From Bacteroidota bacterium (GTDB lineage: Bacteria > Bacteroidota > Bacteroidia > Sphingobacteriales > Sphingobacteriaceae), in NCBI GenBank assembly GCA_018828585.1, contig JAHJVW010000080.1, positions 10,931-74,930 of the forward strand: DNA of 64,000 nucleotides. Reading direction: 5' to 3'. The notes below the pieces were generated by a model that saw only the letters and a program-made list of their open reading frames with translations, was not told the DNA's origin and made no database searches. The translations under genes were made by a program, and so were the position numbers. The stretch's first letter is position 1; each line of letters starts with the position of its first letter. Of the stretch, positions 29,679 to 39,215 are shown in pieces.

Positions 29679-30530
29679 TTGAAAACTTTAAAAATTGCTA
29701 TCCAGAAATCTGGTAGACTGAATGAAAAATCAGTAGAACTATTAAAAAATTGTGGCTTAAGCTTCGATAATTATAAAAGCTCTTTAATTTCTCCGGTGTC
29801 TAATTTTCCTTTGGAAATTCTCTTTTTAAGAGATGATGATATACCAGAATATGTACAAGACGGCATTGCTGATATTGGTTTAGTAGGTGAAAATGTAATT
29901 GCCGAAACTGGTGTTGAAGTAGCTTATTTACAACGTTTAGGTTTCGGGAAATGTACCTTAAAAATTGCAGTTCCTAATCAAAGTGATTATAAAACAGTTG
30001 CTGATCTAAGAGGTAAATCAATCGCAACTTCCTATCCTGTAATACTTCAAAAATTTTTAGATAAAGAAGGTATTTCTGCAGATATAAAAACCATCTCTGG
30101 TTCTGTTGAAATTGCTCCTGGTTTAGGCCTTGCAGATGCTATTTTTGATATCGTTTCTACCGGTGGGACTTTACGAAGCAATGGCTTAAAGCCTTTTGCT
30201 GATGTGATGGCGTCTGAAGCAATTTTGATTGGCAGAAAAGGTGAAGAAACAAATCCTTTAATTTTAGAATTGCTGCAACGCATTCAATCCGTAATGCGAG
30301 CGAAAGAGACAAAATATGTCGTCTTAAATGTCGAGAAGAAAAATCTCGATAAAATCATCGCTTTATTGCCTGGCGTAAAGAGCCCTTCTGTTGTCAACCT
30401 CGCCGAAGAAGATTGGGTTGCGGTACATACTGTCATTCCAGAGAGAGATTTTTGGAATCATATCAATGAATTAAAAACAGCTGGCGCACAAGGAATTGTG
30501 GTGATGCCGATAGAGAAAATTATATTATAG
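29679..30530 (+). CDS. hisG: ATP phosphoribosyltransferase (long form), TTG start
   Basis: LKIAIQKSGRL, RDDDIP, GSVEIAP.LGLADAI.DIVSTG.TL. Confidence 0.97.
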   Translation: MKTLKIAIQKSGRLNEKSVELLKNCGLSFDNYKSSLISPVSNFPLEILFLRDDDIPEYVQDGIADIGLVGENVIAETGVEVAYLQRLGFGKCTLKIAVPNQSDYKTVADLRGKSIATSYPVILQKFLDKEGISADIKTISGSVEIAPGLGLADAIFDIVSTGGTLRSNGLKPFADVMASEAILIGRKGEETNPLILELLQRIQSVMRAKETKYVVLNVEKKNLDKIIALLPGVKSPSVVNLAEEDWVAVHTVIPERDFWNHINELKTAGAQGIVVMPIEKIIL

Positions 30531-30600
30531 TTGGTTAGATAATTAGTTGGTTAGCTGGTTCGAGATCACTAACAAACTATAAACTAACAACCCAACAAAA
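30528..30600. repeat. Short-period imperfect inverted repeat (TAGTTGGT-type units) in the hisG-hisD spacer
   Basis: TAGTTGGTTAG twice on the left arm; CTAACAAACTA / CTAACAA on the right arm. Confidence 0.6.
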
Positions 30601-30605
30601 TTAAA

Positions 30606-31901
30606 ATGAAACAATATAATTATAAAGATTTAAGCAAAGTCGACATTCAAAAGTTGGTCGCAAGGAATGTTGATGCTAATAATCGTATTCGTGAAAGTGT
30701 AGAAACCATTATCTCAGAAGTGAAGGCTAAAGGAGATGAGGCTTTAAAATCTTATGCCCTAAAATTTGATGGTGTTGACTTGGATTCTTTATTTATTGAG
30801 AAAGAAGAAATCAATCGATTAGCTAATCAAATTTCCGAAAAAACCAAAAATGCGATCAATATCGCATATCAAAACATCAAAAAATTTCACGAAACGCAAA
30901 TTTCTAAAGAAGAAAAAGTAGAAACCACTACTGGAGTGACTTGCTGGAGAGAAGCTAGAGCCATTGAGCGAGTTGGCTTATATATTCCTGGCGGAACAGC
31001 TGTACTGCCAAGTACCTTTTTAATGCTAGGGGTACCTGCAAAAATTGCTGGATGTAAGGAAATTGTGGTTTGCTCTCCTCCTCAAAAAAGTGGAGAAGTA
31101 AATGGTTATTTAGCTTACGTGGCTCAGTTGTTAGGCATTAATAAAATATATTTAGCTGGTGGTGCACAGGCTGTGACAGCAATGGCTTATGGAACGGAGA
31201 GCATACCAAAAGTAGATAAGATTTTCGGGCCAGGAAATCAATATGTGACTATGGCAAAAACCTTAGTACAATCTACCACCAACACAGCCATTGATATGCC
31301 CGCAGGACCATCAGAAGTTTTGGTAATTGCAGATGAAACCGCAAATCCAATTTTTGTTGCTTCAGATTTATTAGCCCAAGCAGAACATGGGGTGGATAGC
31401 CAAGCAGTTTTGGTTTGCTCTTCTCAGAAAATCATAGATAAAACCATTTTAGAATTAGAGAAACAATTGTTCGTTTTACCAAGAAAAGAAATCGCCGCTA
31501 AGGCTATTGATAATTCTTATGTGGTTTTAGTTAAAGATTTACAAGAGGCGATGACTTTCAGCAATGAATATGCTCCCGAACACCTGATTTTAGCAACTGA
31601 TAACTGGCAAAAGATTACGGATCAGATTTTGAATGCAGGCTCGGTGTTTGCAGGGAATTTAACTCCCGAAAGTGCTGGTGATTATGCTAGCGGAACCAAC
31701 CATACTTTACCAACCAGTGCTTATGCCCGCTCCTATTCTGGTGTTTCTTTAGATTCTTTTGTAAAGAAAATTACTTTTCAGCACATCAGCGAAAGCGGAA
31801 TAAAAAATCTAGGACCAAGTATAGAGATTTTAGCAGAAATTGAAGGTTTGCAGGCTCACAAAAATGCTGTGAGTTTACGTTTAAAAGAAATTAAAGAGTA
31901 A
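30606..31901 (+). CDS. hisD: Histidinol dehydrogenase
   Basis: GLYIPGG, DKIFGPGN.YV, IDMPAGPSE, LAQAEH, APEHL, GTNHTLPT. Confidence 0.97.
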   Translation: MKQYNYKDLSKVDIQKLVARNVDANNRIRESVETIISEVKAKGDEALKSYALKFDGVDLDSLFIEKEEINRLANQISEKTKNAINIAYQNIKKFHETQISKEEKVETTTGVTCWREARAIERVGLYIPGGTAVLPSTFLMLGVPAKIAGCKEIVVCSPPQKSGEVNGYLAYVAQLLGINKIYLAGGAQAVTAMAYGTESIPKVDKIFGPGNQYVTMAKTLVQSTTNTAIDMPAGPSEVLVIADETANPIFVASDLLAQAEHGVDSQAVLVCSSQKIIDKTILELEKQLFVLPRKEIAAKAIDNSYVVLVKDLQEAMTFSNEYAPEHLILATDNWQKITDQILNAGSVFAGNLTPESAGDYASGTNHTLPTSAYARSYSGVSLDSFVKKITFQHISESGIKNLGPSIEILAEIEGLQAHKNAVSLRLKEIKE

Positions 31902-31955
31902 AGATTAAATACTCATCTTCAAATTAATAAATTTTCAAATCATCAAATAAAAATC

Positions 31956-33008
31956 ATGTTTGATTTAAATAAAATCATCCGACCCAATATAAAAGATTTA
32001 AAGCCTTACTCCTCAGCAAGAGACGAGTTTAAGGGTGAGGCTTCTGTTTACCTAGATGCCAACGAAAATGCATTCGGTTCTCCGCTTTCGCAAGCTTTTC
32101 ATCGTTATCCAGATCCAATGGCTTATGCAGTAAAAATGCGTTTGAGTGAGATTAAAGGTGTACCAGCTAGAAATATATTTTTAGGAAACGGAAGCGACGA
32201 AGCTATTGATATTTTATTCCGAAGCTTTTGCAATCCTGGCGTAGATAATATAATTATCGTCCCTCCTACTTATGGAATGTATGAGGTTTCTGCAAACATT
32301 AATGATGTGCAAATAAAAAGAGTAAATCTGACGGAAGATTATCAGCTCAATTTAGAAGGTATCGCTGAAGCAATTGATAAAAATACAAAGTTGATTTTTA
32401 TTTGTTCCCCTAATAATCCAACAGGAAATTCAATTAAACGGGAAGACATTGAAACACTTTTAGCCAATTTTAATGGTTTGGTGGTGATTGATGAAGCTTA
32501 TATCAATTTTTCCAGACAAAAAACTTTTATCCAAGAACTAACAGAATATGCCAACTTGGTAGTGCTACAAACTTTATCTAAAGCTTGGGGATTAGCCGCA
32601 TTAAGAGTGGGAATGGCTTTCGCAAGTGAAGAAATTGTGGAAATCTTTAATAAAGTAAAACCACCATATAATGTCAATGAAGCTTCGCAGAAATTCGCTT
32701 TGGAAGCTCTGCAAAATGTAGATCAGGTAAATAATTGGATTAAAGAGATTTTAAAAGAACGCGATGCACTAGTTTTAGCATTGAAGAATTTCGATTTCGT
32801 AATTGATATTTATCCATCAGATGCAAATTTTGTTTTAGTGAAAACTGCTGACGCGGATGGTATTTATAAATATTTAACCGAAAAAGGTATTATTGTGAGA
32901 AACCGCAATAAGGTGGAGTTGTGCGAAGGTTGTTTACGAATTACTGTGGGAACGAATAAAGAGAACCAGGCTTTAATCAATAGCCTAAAAAAATTGAAAG
33001 ATGATTAA
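31956..33008 (+). CDS. hisC: Histidinol-phosphate aminotransferase
   Basis: [40 protein letters not shown]. Confidence 0.97.
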   Translation: MFDLNKIIRPNIKDLKPYSSARDEFKGEASVYLDANENAFGSPLSQAFHRYPDPMAYAVKMRLSEIKGVPARNIFLGNGSDEAIDILFRSFCNPGVDNIIIVPPTYGMYEVSANINDVQIKRVNLTEDYQLNLEGIAEAIDKNTKLIFICSPNNPTGNSIKREDIETLLANFNGLVVIDEAYINFSRQKTFIQELTEYANLVVLQTLSKAWGLAALRVGMAFASEEIVEIFNKVKPPYNVNEASQKFALEALQNVDQVNNWIKEILKERDALVLALKNFDFVIDIYPSDANFVLVKTADADGIYKYLTEKGIIVRNRNKVELCEGCLRITVGTNKENQALINSLKKLKDD

Positions 33009-34137
33009 ACTATTATTTATCGATAGAGATGGCACTTTAATTTTAGAGCCAGAGGATGAGCAGATTGATTCATTTACTAAACTCATATTCTATCCAGGTG
33101 CCATCAGCAATTTGGCTAAAATCGCCAAAGAAACTAATTTTGAATTGGTAATGGTCACTAATCAAGATGGTTTAGGAACAGCTTCGCATCCAGAAGAGAA
33201 TTTTTGGCCAGTACACAATTTTATCCTTCAAACTTTAGAGAATGAAGGCATTCACTTTAGCGAAGTTATCATTGACCGAACTTTTGCTAAGGATAATGCG
33301 CCCACTCGTAAACCCGGAACAGCATTACTCACTAAGTTTTTTGATTCAAAGAAATATGATTTAGTAAATTCATTTGTCATTGGAGATCGTTTAAACGATG
33401 TGGTTTTGGCTAAAAATTTAGGTACAAAAGCCATTTGGCTAAATAATAATCCTGATTTAGGTGCCAACGAAGCTCAAAATAAAATTGAAAATTTAAATGA
33501 AGTTTTAGCTATTGAAACTTCAGAATGGGATGCGATTTATCGCTTTTTGAAAGTGGGTGATCGCAAGATTGAACATATTAGAAAAACCAAAGAAACGAAT
33601 ATTGAAATTAAAATTAACCTAGATGGAAAAGGTGATGCTGATATTTCGACAGGTTTAAATTTCTTTGACCATATGTTAGATCAAATTGCCCGTCATGGTG
33701 GAATTGATTTAAAAGTACACACCAAAGGCGACCTACACATTGACGAGCATCATACCATCGAAGATACCGGTATTGCTTTAGGAGAAGCTTTCGCTCTGGC
33801 TTTAGCCGATAAAAAAGGGATCGAAAGATATGGTTTCTGCCTACCCATGGATGATTGTTTGGCACAAGTAGCCATTGATTTTGGAGGTAGAAACTGGATT
33901 GTTTGGGATGCGGAGTTTAAACGTGAGAAAGTGGGTGATATGCCTACTGAGATGTTCTTCCATTTCTTCAAATCTTTTTCAGATGCATCAAAATCTAATT
34001 TAAACATAAAAGTCGAAGGCGATAATGAGCACCATAAAATAGAAGCTATTTTTAAAGCTTTCGCAAAAGCAATTAAAATGGCTGTAAAACGCGACATTAA
34101 TAACATGAGATTACCAAGTACAAAGGGACTTTTATAG
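33001..34137 (+). CDS. hisB: Bifunctional histidinol-phosphatase / imidazoleglycerol-phosphate dehydratase
   Basis: HAD DRDGTL N-domain; IGPD motifs [21 protein letters not shown]. Confidence 0.96.
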   Translation: MIKLLFIDRDGTLILEPEDEQIDSFTKLIFYPGAISNLAKIAKETNFELVMVTNQDGLGTASHPEENFWPVHNFILQTLENEGIHFSEVIIDRTFAKDNAPTRKPGTALLTKFFDSKKYDLVNSFVIGDRLNDVVLAKNLGTKAIWLNNNPDLGANEAQNKIENLNEVLAIETSEWDAIYRFLKVGDRKIEHIRKTKETNIEIKINLDGKGDADISTGLNFFDHMLDQIARHGGIDLKVHTKGDLHIDEHHTIEDTGIALGEAFALALADKKGIERYGFCLPMDDCLAQVAIDFGGRNWIVWDAEFKREKVGDMPTEMFFHFFKSFSDASKSNLNIKVEGDNEHHKIEAIFKAFAKAIKMAVKRDINNMRLPSTKGLL

Positions 34138-34200
34138 TAGCAAGATTCTAATATCAAGTATAAAGACGTTAAACATCTTGCTACTTGCTACTAAATACTA
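34135..34200. repeat. Heptamer-period inverted repeat ((T/A)AGTAGC units) in the hisB-hisH spacer
   Basis: AGTAGCAAGAT (34136-46) / ATCTTGCTACT (34175-85), with further degenerate 7-mers. Confidence 0.7.
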
Positions 34201-34211
34201 AAATCTTCAAA

Positions 34212-34802
34212 ATGATAGGTATAGTAAATTACGGAGCCGGAAACATATTCTCCCTAACAGCTGCATTAGAGCGTTTGGATTTAAAATATGGCATGATTAA
34301 TTCTGAAACGGATTTTGATTTTTACGATAGAATCATCATTCCTGGTGTAGGTCATGCAGGAACTGCCATGAAGAAACTAGTAGATACTGGCCTAGTTCCA
34401 AAAATTAAAAGTTTAACCAAACCCGTTTTAGGGATTTGCGTTGGAATGCAGTTGATCACCGACTTTTCCGAAGAAGGCAATTCAAAAATGTTGGAAATTA
34501 TCCCAGTAAAAACTTTGAGGTTTAATGAAGAAGTCTCAAAAAAAGTACCTCACATGGGTTGGAACCAGGTAGAGGTCCAAAAAAATATCCCATTATTTAA
34601 TGATATTGACACATCTGCATATTTTTATTTCGTTCACTCCTATTTTATAGAATTTAATTCTAAATTTACGGTCGCCTTTTGCAATTACGGAATTAAATTT
34701 TCCGCTGGAATACAGAGAGATAACTTTTACGGAGTACAGTTTCACCCAGAGAAGTCTGGTGAAGCAGGCGAAATACTCCTTAAAAATTTTGCACACTTAT
34801 AA
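34212..34802 (+). CDS. hisH: Imidazole glycerol phosphate synthase, glutamine amidotransferase subunit
   Basis: Start moved to MIGIVNYGAGN; PGVG, LGICVGMQ, VPHMGWN, QFHPEKS. Confidence 0.96.
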   Translation: MIGIVNYGAGNIFSLTAALERLDLKYGMINSETDFDFYDRIIIPGVGHAGTAMKKLVDTGLVPKIKSLTKPVLGICVGMQLITDFSEEGNSKMLEIIPVKTLRFNEEVSKKVPHMGWNQVEVQKNIPLFNDIDTSAYFYFVHSYFIEFNSKFTVAFCNYGIKFSAGIQRDNFYGVQFHPEKSGEAGEILLKNFAHL

Positions 34803-34811
34803 ATTGTAAAA

Positions 34812-35561
34812 ATGTATATCATTCCCGCAGTAGATGTGTTGGATCAAAAAATTGTTCGCCTTAGAGAAGGGGATTACAATCAGGTCACTACATATCAAGC
34901 TTCTTTGGAAGAACAAATTGAACTTTACCAATCTAACGGTACCGAATATGTTCATATCATTGATCTAAATGGTGCCAAAGGAGACTTTTCTAACCAAAAG
35001 TTCATTTTCGATATCATCAAAAAAACAGATATGAAAGTGCAGTATGGTGGAGGTGTTAGAAGTATTGAAAAAGTAAAAGAATTAATAGATTCGGGTATTC
35101 ACAGAGTAATCGTAGGTACACAAGCCATTACAAATCCTAGATTTTTAGAAGAATTAGGTCAAGAAATTTGTGGCAAAACCAAATGCTCTGACCAAGTAGT
35201 TATCGCAATTGATGTTTTAGACGAAGTCATCAAATACTCTGGTTGGATGGAAAGCTCACCCATTAAATTAATGGATTATGTAGATCGTTGTTTACAGTTA
35301 GGCTTTTACAGATTTCTTTGTACAGATATTAATAAAGATGGAAAACTAGGGGGTGCTGGACTGGAATTATATAAAAAACTATTAGCTCACTCTCCTTTTA
35401 TTAAATTGATCGCTTCAGGCGGGATCAGTTCTATGAATGATATTGAAGAATTGAATGAATATAAGATTGAATCTTGCGTTGTAGGTAAGGCCATTTACGA
35501 AAACAGAATTTCAATTGATGAAATTAAAGACTGGAATTTACAAATGCTAAGCACAATATAG
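34812..35561 (+). CDS. hisA: ProFAR isomerase
   Basis: IIPAVD, HIIDLNGA, QYGGGVRS, TDINKDG, ASGGI. Confidence 0.93.
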   Translation: MYIIPAVDVLDQKIVRLREGDYNQVTTYQASLEEQIELYQSNGTEYVHIIDLNGAKGDFSNQKFIFDIIKKTDMKVQYGGGVRSIEKVKELIDSGIHRVIVGTQAITNPRFLEELGQEICGKTKCSDQVVIAIDVLDEVIKYSGWMESSPIKLMDYVDRCLQLGFYRFLCTDINKDGKLGGAGLELYKKLLAHSPFIKLIASGGISSMNDIEELNEYKIESCVVGKAIYENRISIDEIKDWNLQMLSTI

Positions 35562-35573
35562 CCCCTTATTGTT

Positions 35574-36329
35574 TTGTTAGCTAAAAGAATTATCCCCTGC
35601 CTCGACGTTAAAGACGGACGAACCGTAAAAGGTATTAATTTCGTCGATCTTCGCGATGCAGGTGATCCTGTAGAGTTAGCTTGGCAATATTCTCGTCAGG
35701 GTGCAGATGAGTTGGTTTTCTTAGATATTACAGCCACTCACGAAAAACGTAAAACTACCATTGAAATGGTGAAATCTGTTGCTCGTCAAATTAACATTCC
35801 ATTTACCATTGGAGGTGGAATATCCGAGTTAAAAGATGCGGAAGCTTTATTAAATGCTGGAGCAGACAAAATTTCTATCAACTCCGCAGCAGTACGGAGA
35901 CCAGAGCTAATTAACGAATTGGCTAATGCTTTTGGAGTTCAGTTTGTAGTTTTAGCTGTAGATACAAAACATTTATCTAGTGGAGATTTTGTTCATTTAA
36001 ACGGTGGAAGAATAACCACAGAATTACAAACCCAGCAGTGGATAAAAGAAGCTGTGGAACGCGGTGCTGGTGAAATATTATTAACATCAATGGATAAAGA
36101 TGGAACTAAGGCTGGCTTTGATACGATACTTTTAAAAGAAATAAACGATATGATTTCTGTTCCAGTTATTGCTTCCGGTGGAGCAGGATCTGCTCAAGAT
36201 TTTATAGATGTTTTCCAAAAAAGTGATGTAGATGCCGCTTTAGCAGCTTCAGTTTTTCATTACGGAGAAATCTTGATTCCGGAGTTGAAACAATTATTAA
36301 AAAACAATCAAATTGAAATAAGGCTTTAA
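35574..36329 (+). CDS. hisF: Imidazole glycerol phosphate synthase, cyclase subunit
   Basis: [46 protein letters not shown]. Confidence 0.97.
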   Translation: MLAKRIIPCLDVKDGRTVKGINFVDLRDAGDPVELAWQYSRQGADELVFLDITATHEKRKTTIEMVKSVARQINIPFTIGGGISELKDAEALLNAGADKISINSAAVRRPELINELANAFGVQFVVLAVDTKHLSSGDFVHLNGGRITTELQTQQWIKEAVERGAGEILLTSMDKDGTKAGFDTILLKEINDMISVPVIASGGAGSAQDFIDVFQKSDVDAALAASVFHYGEILIPELKQLLKNNQIEIRL

Positions 36330-36345
36330 TTTGCTAACTTTAAGA

Positions 36346-36588
36346 ATGGAATCTTTAACAATAGAAATTTTAAATCCAAAAGCTAAAAAGCTGTTACAAG
36401 CTTTAGCAGAAATGAATCTCATTTCTATTTCTCAAAATTTTTTAGCTAAAGATGAAGAAGAATGGGATTCATTAACTAAAGAACAAAAAGAAGGAATTTT
36501 TGAGGCAATAAATTCAATTAAGCAAGGCAAAGGAATTCCACATGCTGAAGTCATGTCTAAAATAAAAATGAAATTGTTTAATGGTTGA
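36346..36588 (+). CDS. Type II antitoxin (addiction-module component)
   Basis: Start moved from TTG 36331 to ATG 36346; small protein with acidic WDSLTKEQKEGI.EAI..I..GKGIPH.EV motif; overlaps the downstream toxin. Confidence 0.72.
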   Translation: MESLTIEILNPKAKKLLQALAEMNLISISQNFLAKDEEEWDSLTKEQKEGIFEAINSIKQGKGIPHAEVMSKIKMKLFNG

Positions 36589-36886
36589 TGAGTTAATTTG
36601 GTCACCAGAATCTGAAGAAGATTTCTTAAATATCTTAAACTATCTTATTTCAGATTGGAATGTAAAAATAGCCAGTGATTTTGTTAAGGATATAGAATAT
36701 CACATTGAAAAAATTCATAATAATCCACAATCATACCCCATTATTTATAAACAAGAACAAGTTAGAAAATGCGTTGTAACTAAACACAATAGCTTAGTTT
36801 ATAACTTATTAGATAATAAAATTTTTATTTTAAGAGTCTTTGATACTCGTCAGAATCCTAATAAATTAAAATTCCCAAAACAGTGA
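36581..36886 (+). CDS. RelE/ParE superfamily toxin (ParE-like)
   Basis: IWSPESEEDFLNILNYL N-terminus, NP..YP, VRKCVV...SLVY, ILRVFDTRQNP C-terminus; 101 aa. Confidence 0.82.
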   Translation: MVDELIWSPESEEDFLNILNYLISDWNVKIASDFVKDIEYHIEKIHNNPQSYPIIYKQEQVRKCVVTKHNSLVYNLLDNKIFILRVFDTRQNPNKLKFPKQ

Positions 36887-37470
36887 ATATAAATTTTACA
36901 AAAAGCGACGGATTAGTGCCTGTTATTATTCAGGATGAACAAACTTTAGAAGTGTTAATGTTAGGCTATATGAATGAAGAAGCTTTTCAAAAAACAGAAA
37001 AAGAAGGGAAAGTGACCTTTTTCTCTCGTACCAAAAACCGTTTATGGACCAAAGGTGAAGAAAGTGGAAATTACTTAAATGTAAAGTCTATCAACTTAGA
37101 TTGCGACCAAGATACTTTATTGATTAAGGTAAATCCAGTTGGACCAACTTGCCACACAGGTTCTCGAAGTTGCTTTTCAACAGATTACAATCAAAACTTC
37201 ATATTTCAGCTGGAAAATATCATCAAAGATAGATACGAAAATCCCACGGCAGAATCTTATATCAATAAACTAAGAGCTAAAGGACTAAACAAAATTGCTC
37301 AGAAAGTGGGCGAAGAAGGTGTAGAAACGGTGATTGCAGCTCTGGCAGAAACTGAAATTGATTTAATTAACGAATCATCTGATTTAGTCTTCCACCTACT
37401 GGTTCTGTTAAAAGAAAAAGGTTTGAATTTGAACGATATTGCAAAGAATTTAGAAAGTAGACATCAATAA
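36883..37470 (+). CDS. hisIE: Bifunctional phosphoribosyl-AMP cyclohydrolase / phosphoribosyl-ATP pyrophosphatase
   Basis: GLVPVIIQD, LWTKGEESG, DCDQDTLL, PTCHTG..SCF, KVGEEGVE. Confidence 0.96.
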   Translation: MNINFTKSDGLVPVIIQDEQTLEVLMLGYMNEEAFQKTEKEGKVTFFSRTKNRLWTKGEESGNYLNVKSINLDCDQDTLLIKVNPVGPTCHTGSRSCFSTDYNQNFIFQLENIIKDRYENPTAESYINKLRAKGLNKIAQKVGEEGVETVIAALAETEIDLINESSDLVFHLLVLLKEKGLNLNDIAKNLESRHQ

Positions 37471-37472
37471 TT

Positions 37473-37555
37473 TTAGGGCGTTCGAGCGGGCTTTTTGCTC
37501 ATACTGCTCAAAGCGGCCTTAACCACAGGCTGGTATCCGCTACAATCCCTAACGC
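37473..37555. repeat. GC-rich structured intergenic element (REP-like, possibly Flavo-1-like)
   Basis: Nested stems TTAGGG/CCCTAA, AGCGG/CCGCT, CGGCCT/AGGCTG, GCTTT/AAAGC; the family name is from memory and unverified. Confidence 0.5.
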
Positions 37556-37567
37556 ATCCATCAGCAT

Positions 37568-38470
37568 ATGAAAGCTATTACATTAACTGGCCACAATAAT
37601 CCTATTTACACGGTAATAGCACACCCTGATAAAGCTTTTTTTTACTCCGCTGGAAATGATAAAGGGATTGTAGAATGGGATCTAAATACGAAAACTCATC
37701 AGCGAATTTTCAAAGTCCAACACACTGTTTATGCATTAGAAATTATTCCAGAATTAAACCTATTAATTGCTGGTGCTAATGATGGAACAATTTATTTTTT
37801 TGATTTAAACTTAGGCTTATTAGTTAAAAAATTAAATGTTGGTTCTGCTATTTTTGACATCAAGTATATTGCACATAAAAAAGAGTTATTGATTTCAACA
37901 GATTCAGGCAATATTTTCATTCTAAATCAAGAAGAAAAAGAAATCATCCATCAATTTCAATCAGGAAGTCAAAAGGTTCGTTCATTTGCATTTTATCAAA
38001 AGTTGAATTTATTAGTCACGGTCTCTAATGATGAATTGATAAGAGTTTACAATTTAGATGATTATGCTTTTATCCACCAATTTAAAGGACATGATAACGG
38101 AATAGGTTCTGTTTGTTTTTCACCTGATGGCAGATTTCTAATCACTGGTGGAAGAGATGCGCATTTAAAAGTTTGGAATGTATTGGATTGGAGTTTGGAA
38201 CGTGATTTTCCTGCTCATCTATTTGCTATTTATCAAATTATTTATCATCCAACGCTTCCATTTTTCGCAACAGCAAGCAGAGATAAATCTATTAAAATAT
38301 GGCGAGCAGAAGATTTTTCACTTTTCAAAAATCTGACTATCGGTAAAGCTAGAGAAGGACATCTACTTTCTGTAAATGATATTTGTTGGACAACGGATGG
38401 GGAAAATTTAATTTCTGTTGGTGATGATAAGTTTGTGAAAGTTTGGGGATTTGATGCTCTGAAATCTTAA
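37568..38470 (+). CDS. WD40 repeat protein
   Basis: GH...D..I..W repeats (GHNNPIY, GHDNGIGSV...GRDAHLKVW, SRDKSIKIW). Confidence 0.88.
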   Translation: MKAITLTGHNNPIYTVIAHPDKAFFYSAGNDKGIVEWDLNTKTHQRIFKVQHTVYALEIIPELNLLIAGANDGTIYFFDLNLGLLVKKLNVGSAIFDIKYIAHKKELLISTDSGNIFILNQEEKEIIHQFQSGSQKVRSFAFYQKLNLLVTVSNDELIRVYNLDDYAFIHQFKGHDNGIGSVCFSPDGRFLITGGRDAHLKVWNVLDWSLERDFPAHLFAIYQIIYHPTLPFFATASRDKSIKIWRAEDFSLFKNLTIGKAREGHLLSVNDICWTTDGENLISVGDDKFVKVWGFDALKS

Positions 38471-38492
38471 ATCTAAATTCGTTAATAGATGA

Positions 38493-39215
38493 CTATCTTA
38501 AATTAAACAAATCATCTACACCTAAAATTTTCTTACTCAAAAAACCTTCAGCGTAAGGAACTTTTATAGCCTTACCAAATTCGCTCGCCCTACCTTTAAT
38601 CACATCAAGAAAGGCAGGATTTGAAATATAGGTTTGCGGTTCGTCAAGATTTACGCCTTCCACAAAAAATTGTGTCTTATAGGCCCTAACTGATTCTAAT
38701 TTTTTCTCCATAAAATCAGTAATATCAATCACCACATCGGGCTCAATATAATTATCCTGGATAAAATGAAGCAATAACCTCGGTCTCCAAGCTTCCTGTT
38801 CTTCACCGTTTAAGTTTGTTTTTATTTTCGACAAACCTGATAGAAAACAAGCATCATTTACTAAATCGCAAGCTCTACCATGGTCAGGATGACGATCATG
38901 ATAAGCATTGGTAATTACAATTTCAGGTTGATATTTCCTGATCATTTCAATTACTTTCAATTGATGTTCCTCATCATTTTTAAAGAATCCATCTTTAATT
39001 CCTAAATTTTCACGAGCATCTAAATCTAATATTTTCGCAGCCTCTGCAGCCTCTGTTGCTCTAGTTTCTGCGGTACCTCTGGTTCCTAACTCACCCTTGG
39101 TTAAATCTACGACTCCAGTTTTTTTACCCTCGCTCTTATATTTTAACAAAGTGCCGCCAGCACCTAACTCTACATCATCTGGATGTGCAGCAATGCACAA
39201 TATATCTAGTTTCAT
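38493..39215 (-). CDS. bshB1: Bacillithiol biosynthesis deacetylase (PIG-L family)
   Basis: AAHPDDVELGAGG, DLTKGELGTRG, RHPDHG, YAEGF. Confidence 0.85.
   Translation of the reverse strand: MKLDILCIAAHPDDVELGAGGTLLKYKSEGKKTGVVDLTKGELGTRGTAETRATEAAEAAKILDLDARENLGIKDGFFKNDEEHQLKVIEMIRKYQPEIVITNAYHDRHPDHGRACDLVNDACFLSGLSKIKTNLNGEEQEAWRPRLLLHFIQDNYIEPDVVIDITDFMEKKLESVRAYKTQFFVEGVNLDEPQTYISNPAFLDVIKGRASEFGKAIKVPYAEGFLSKKILGVDDLFNLR

Noticed and set aside
36331-36345. TTG at 36331 as the antitoxin start, and similarly extended starts for hisH (34185), grpE (49569), AcpH-like (25472) and M28 (46868)
   Set aside because: The extensions run through promoter boxes or intergenic repeats; downstream ATGs match family N-termini better.
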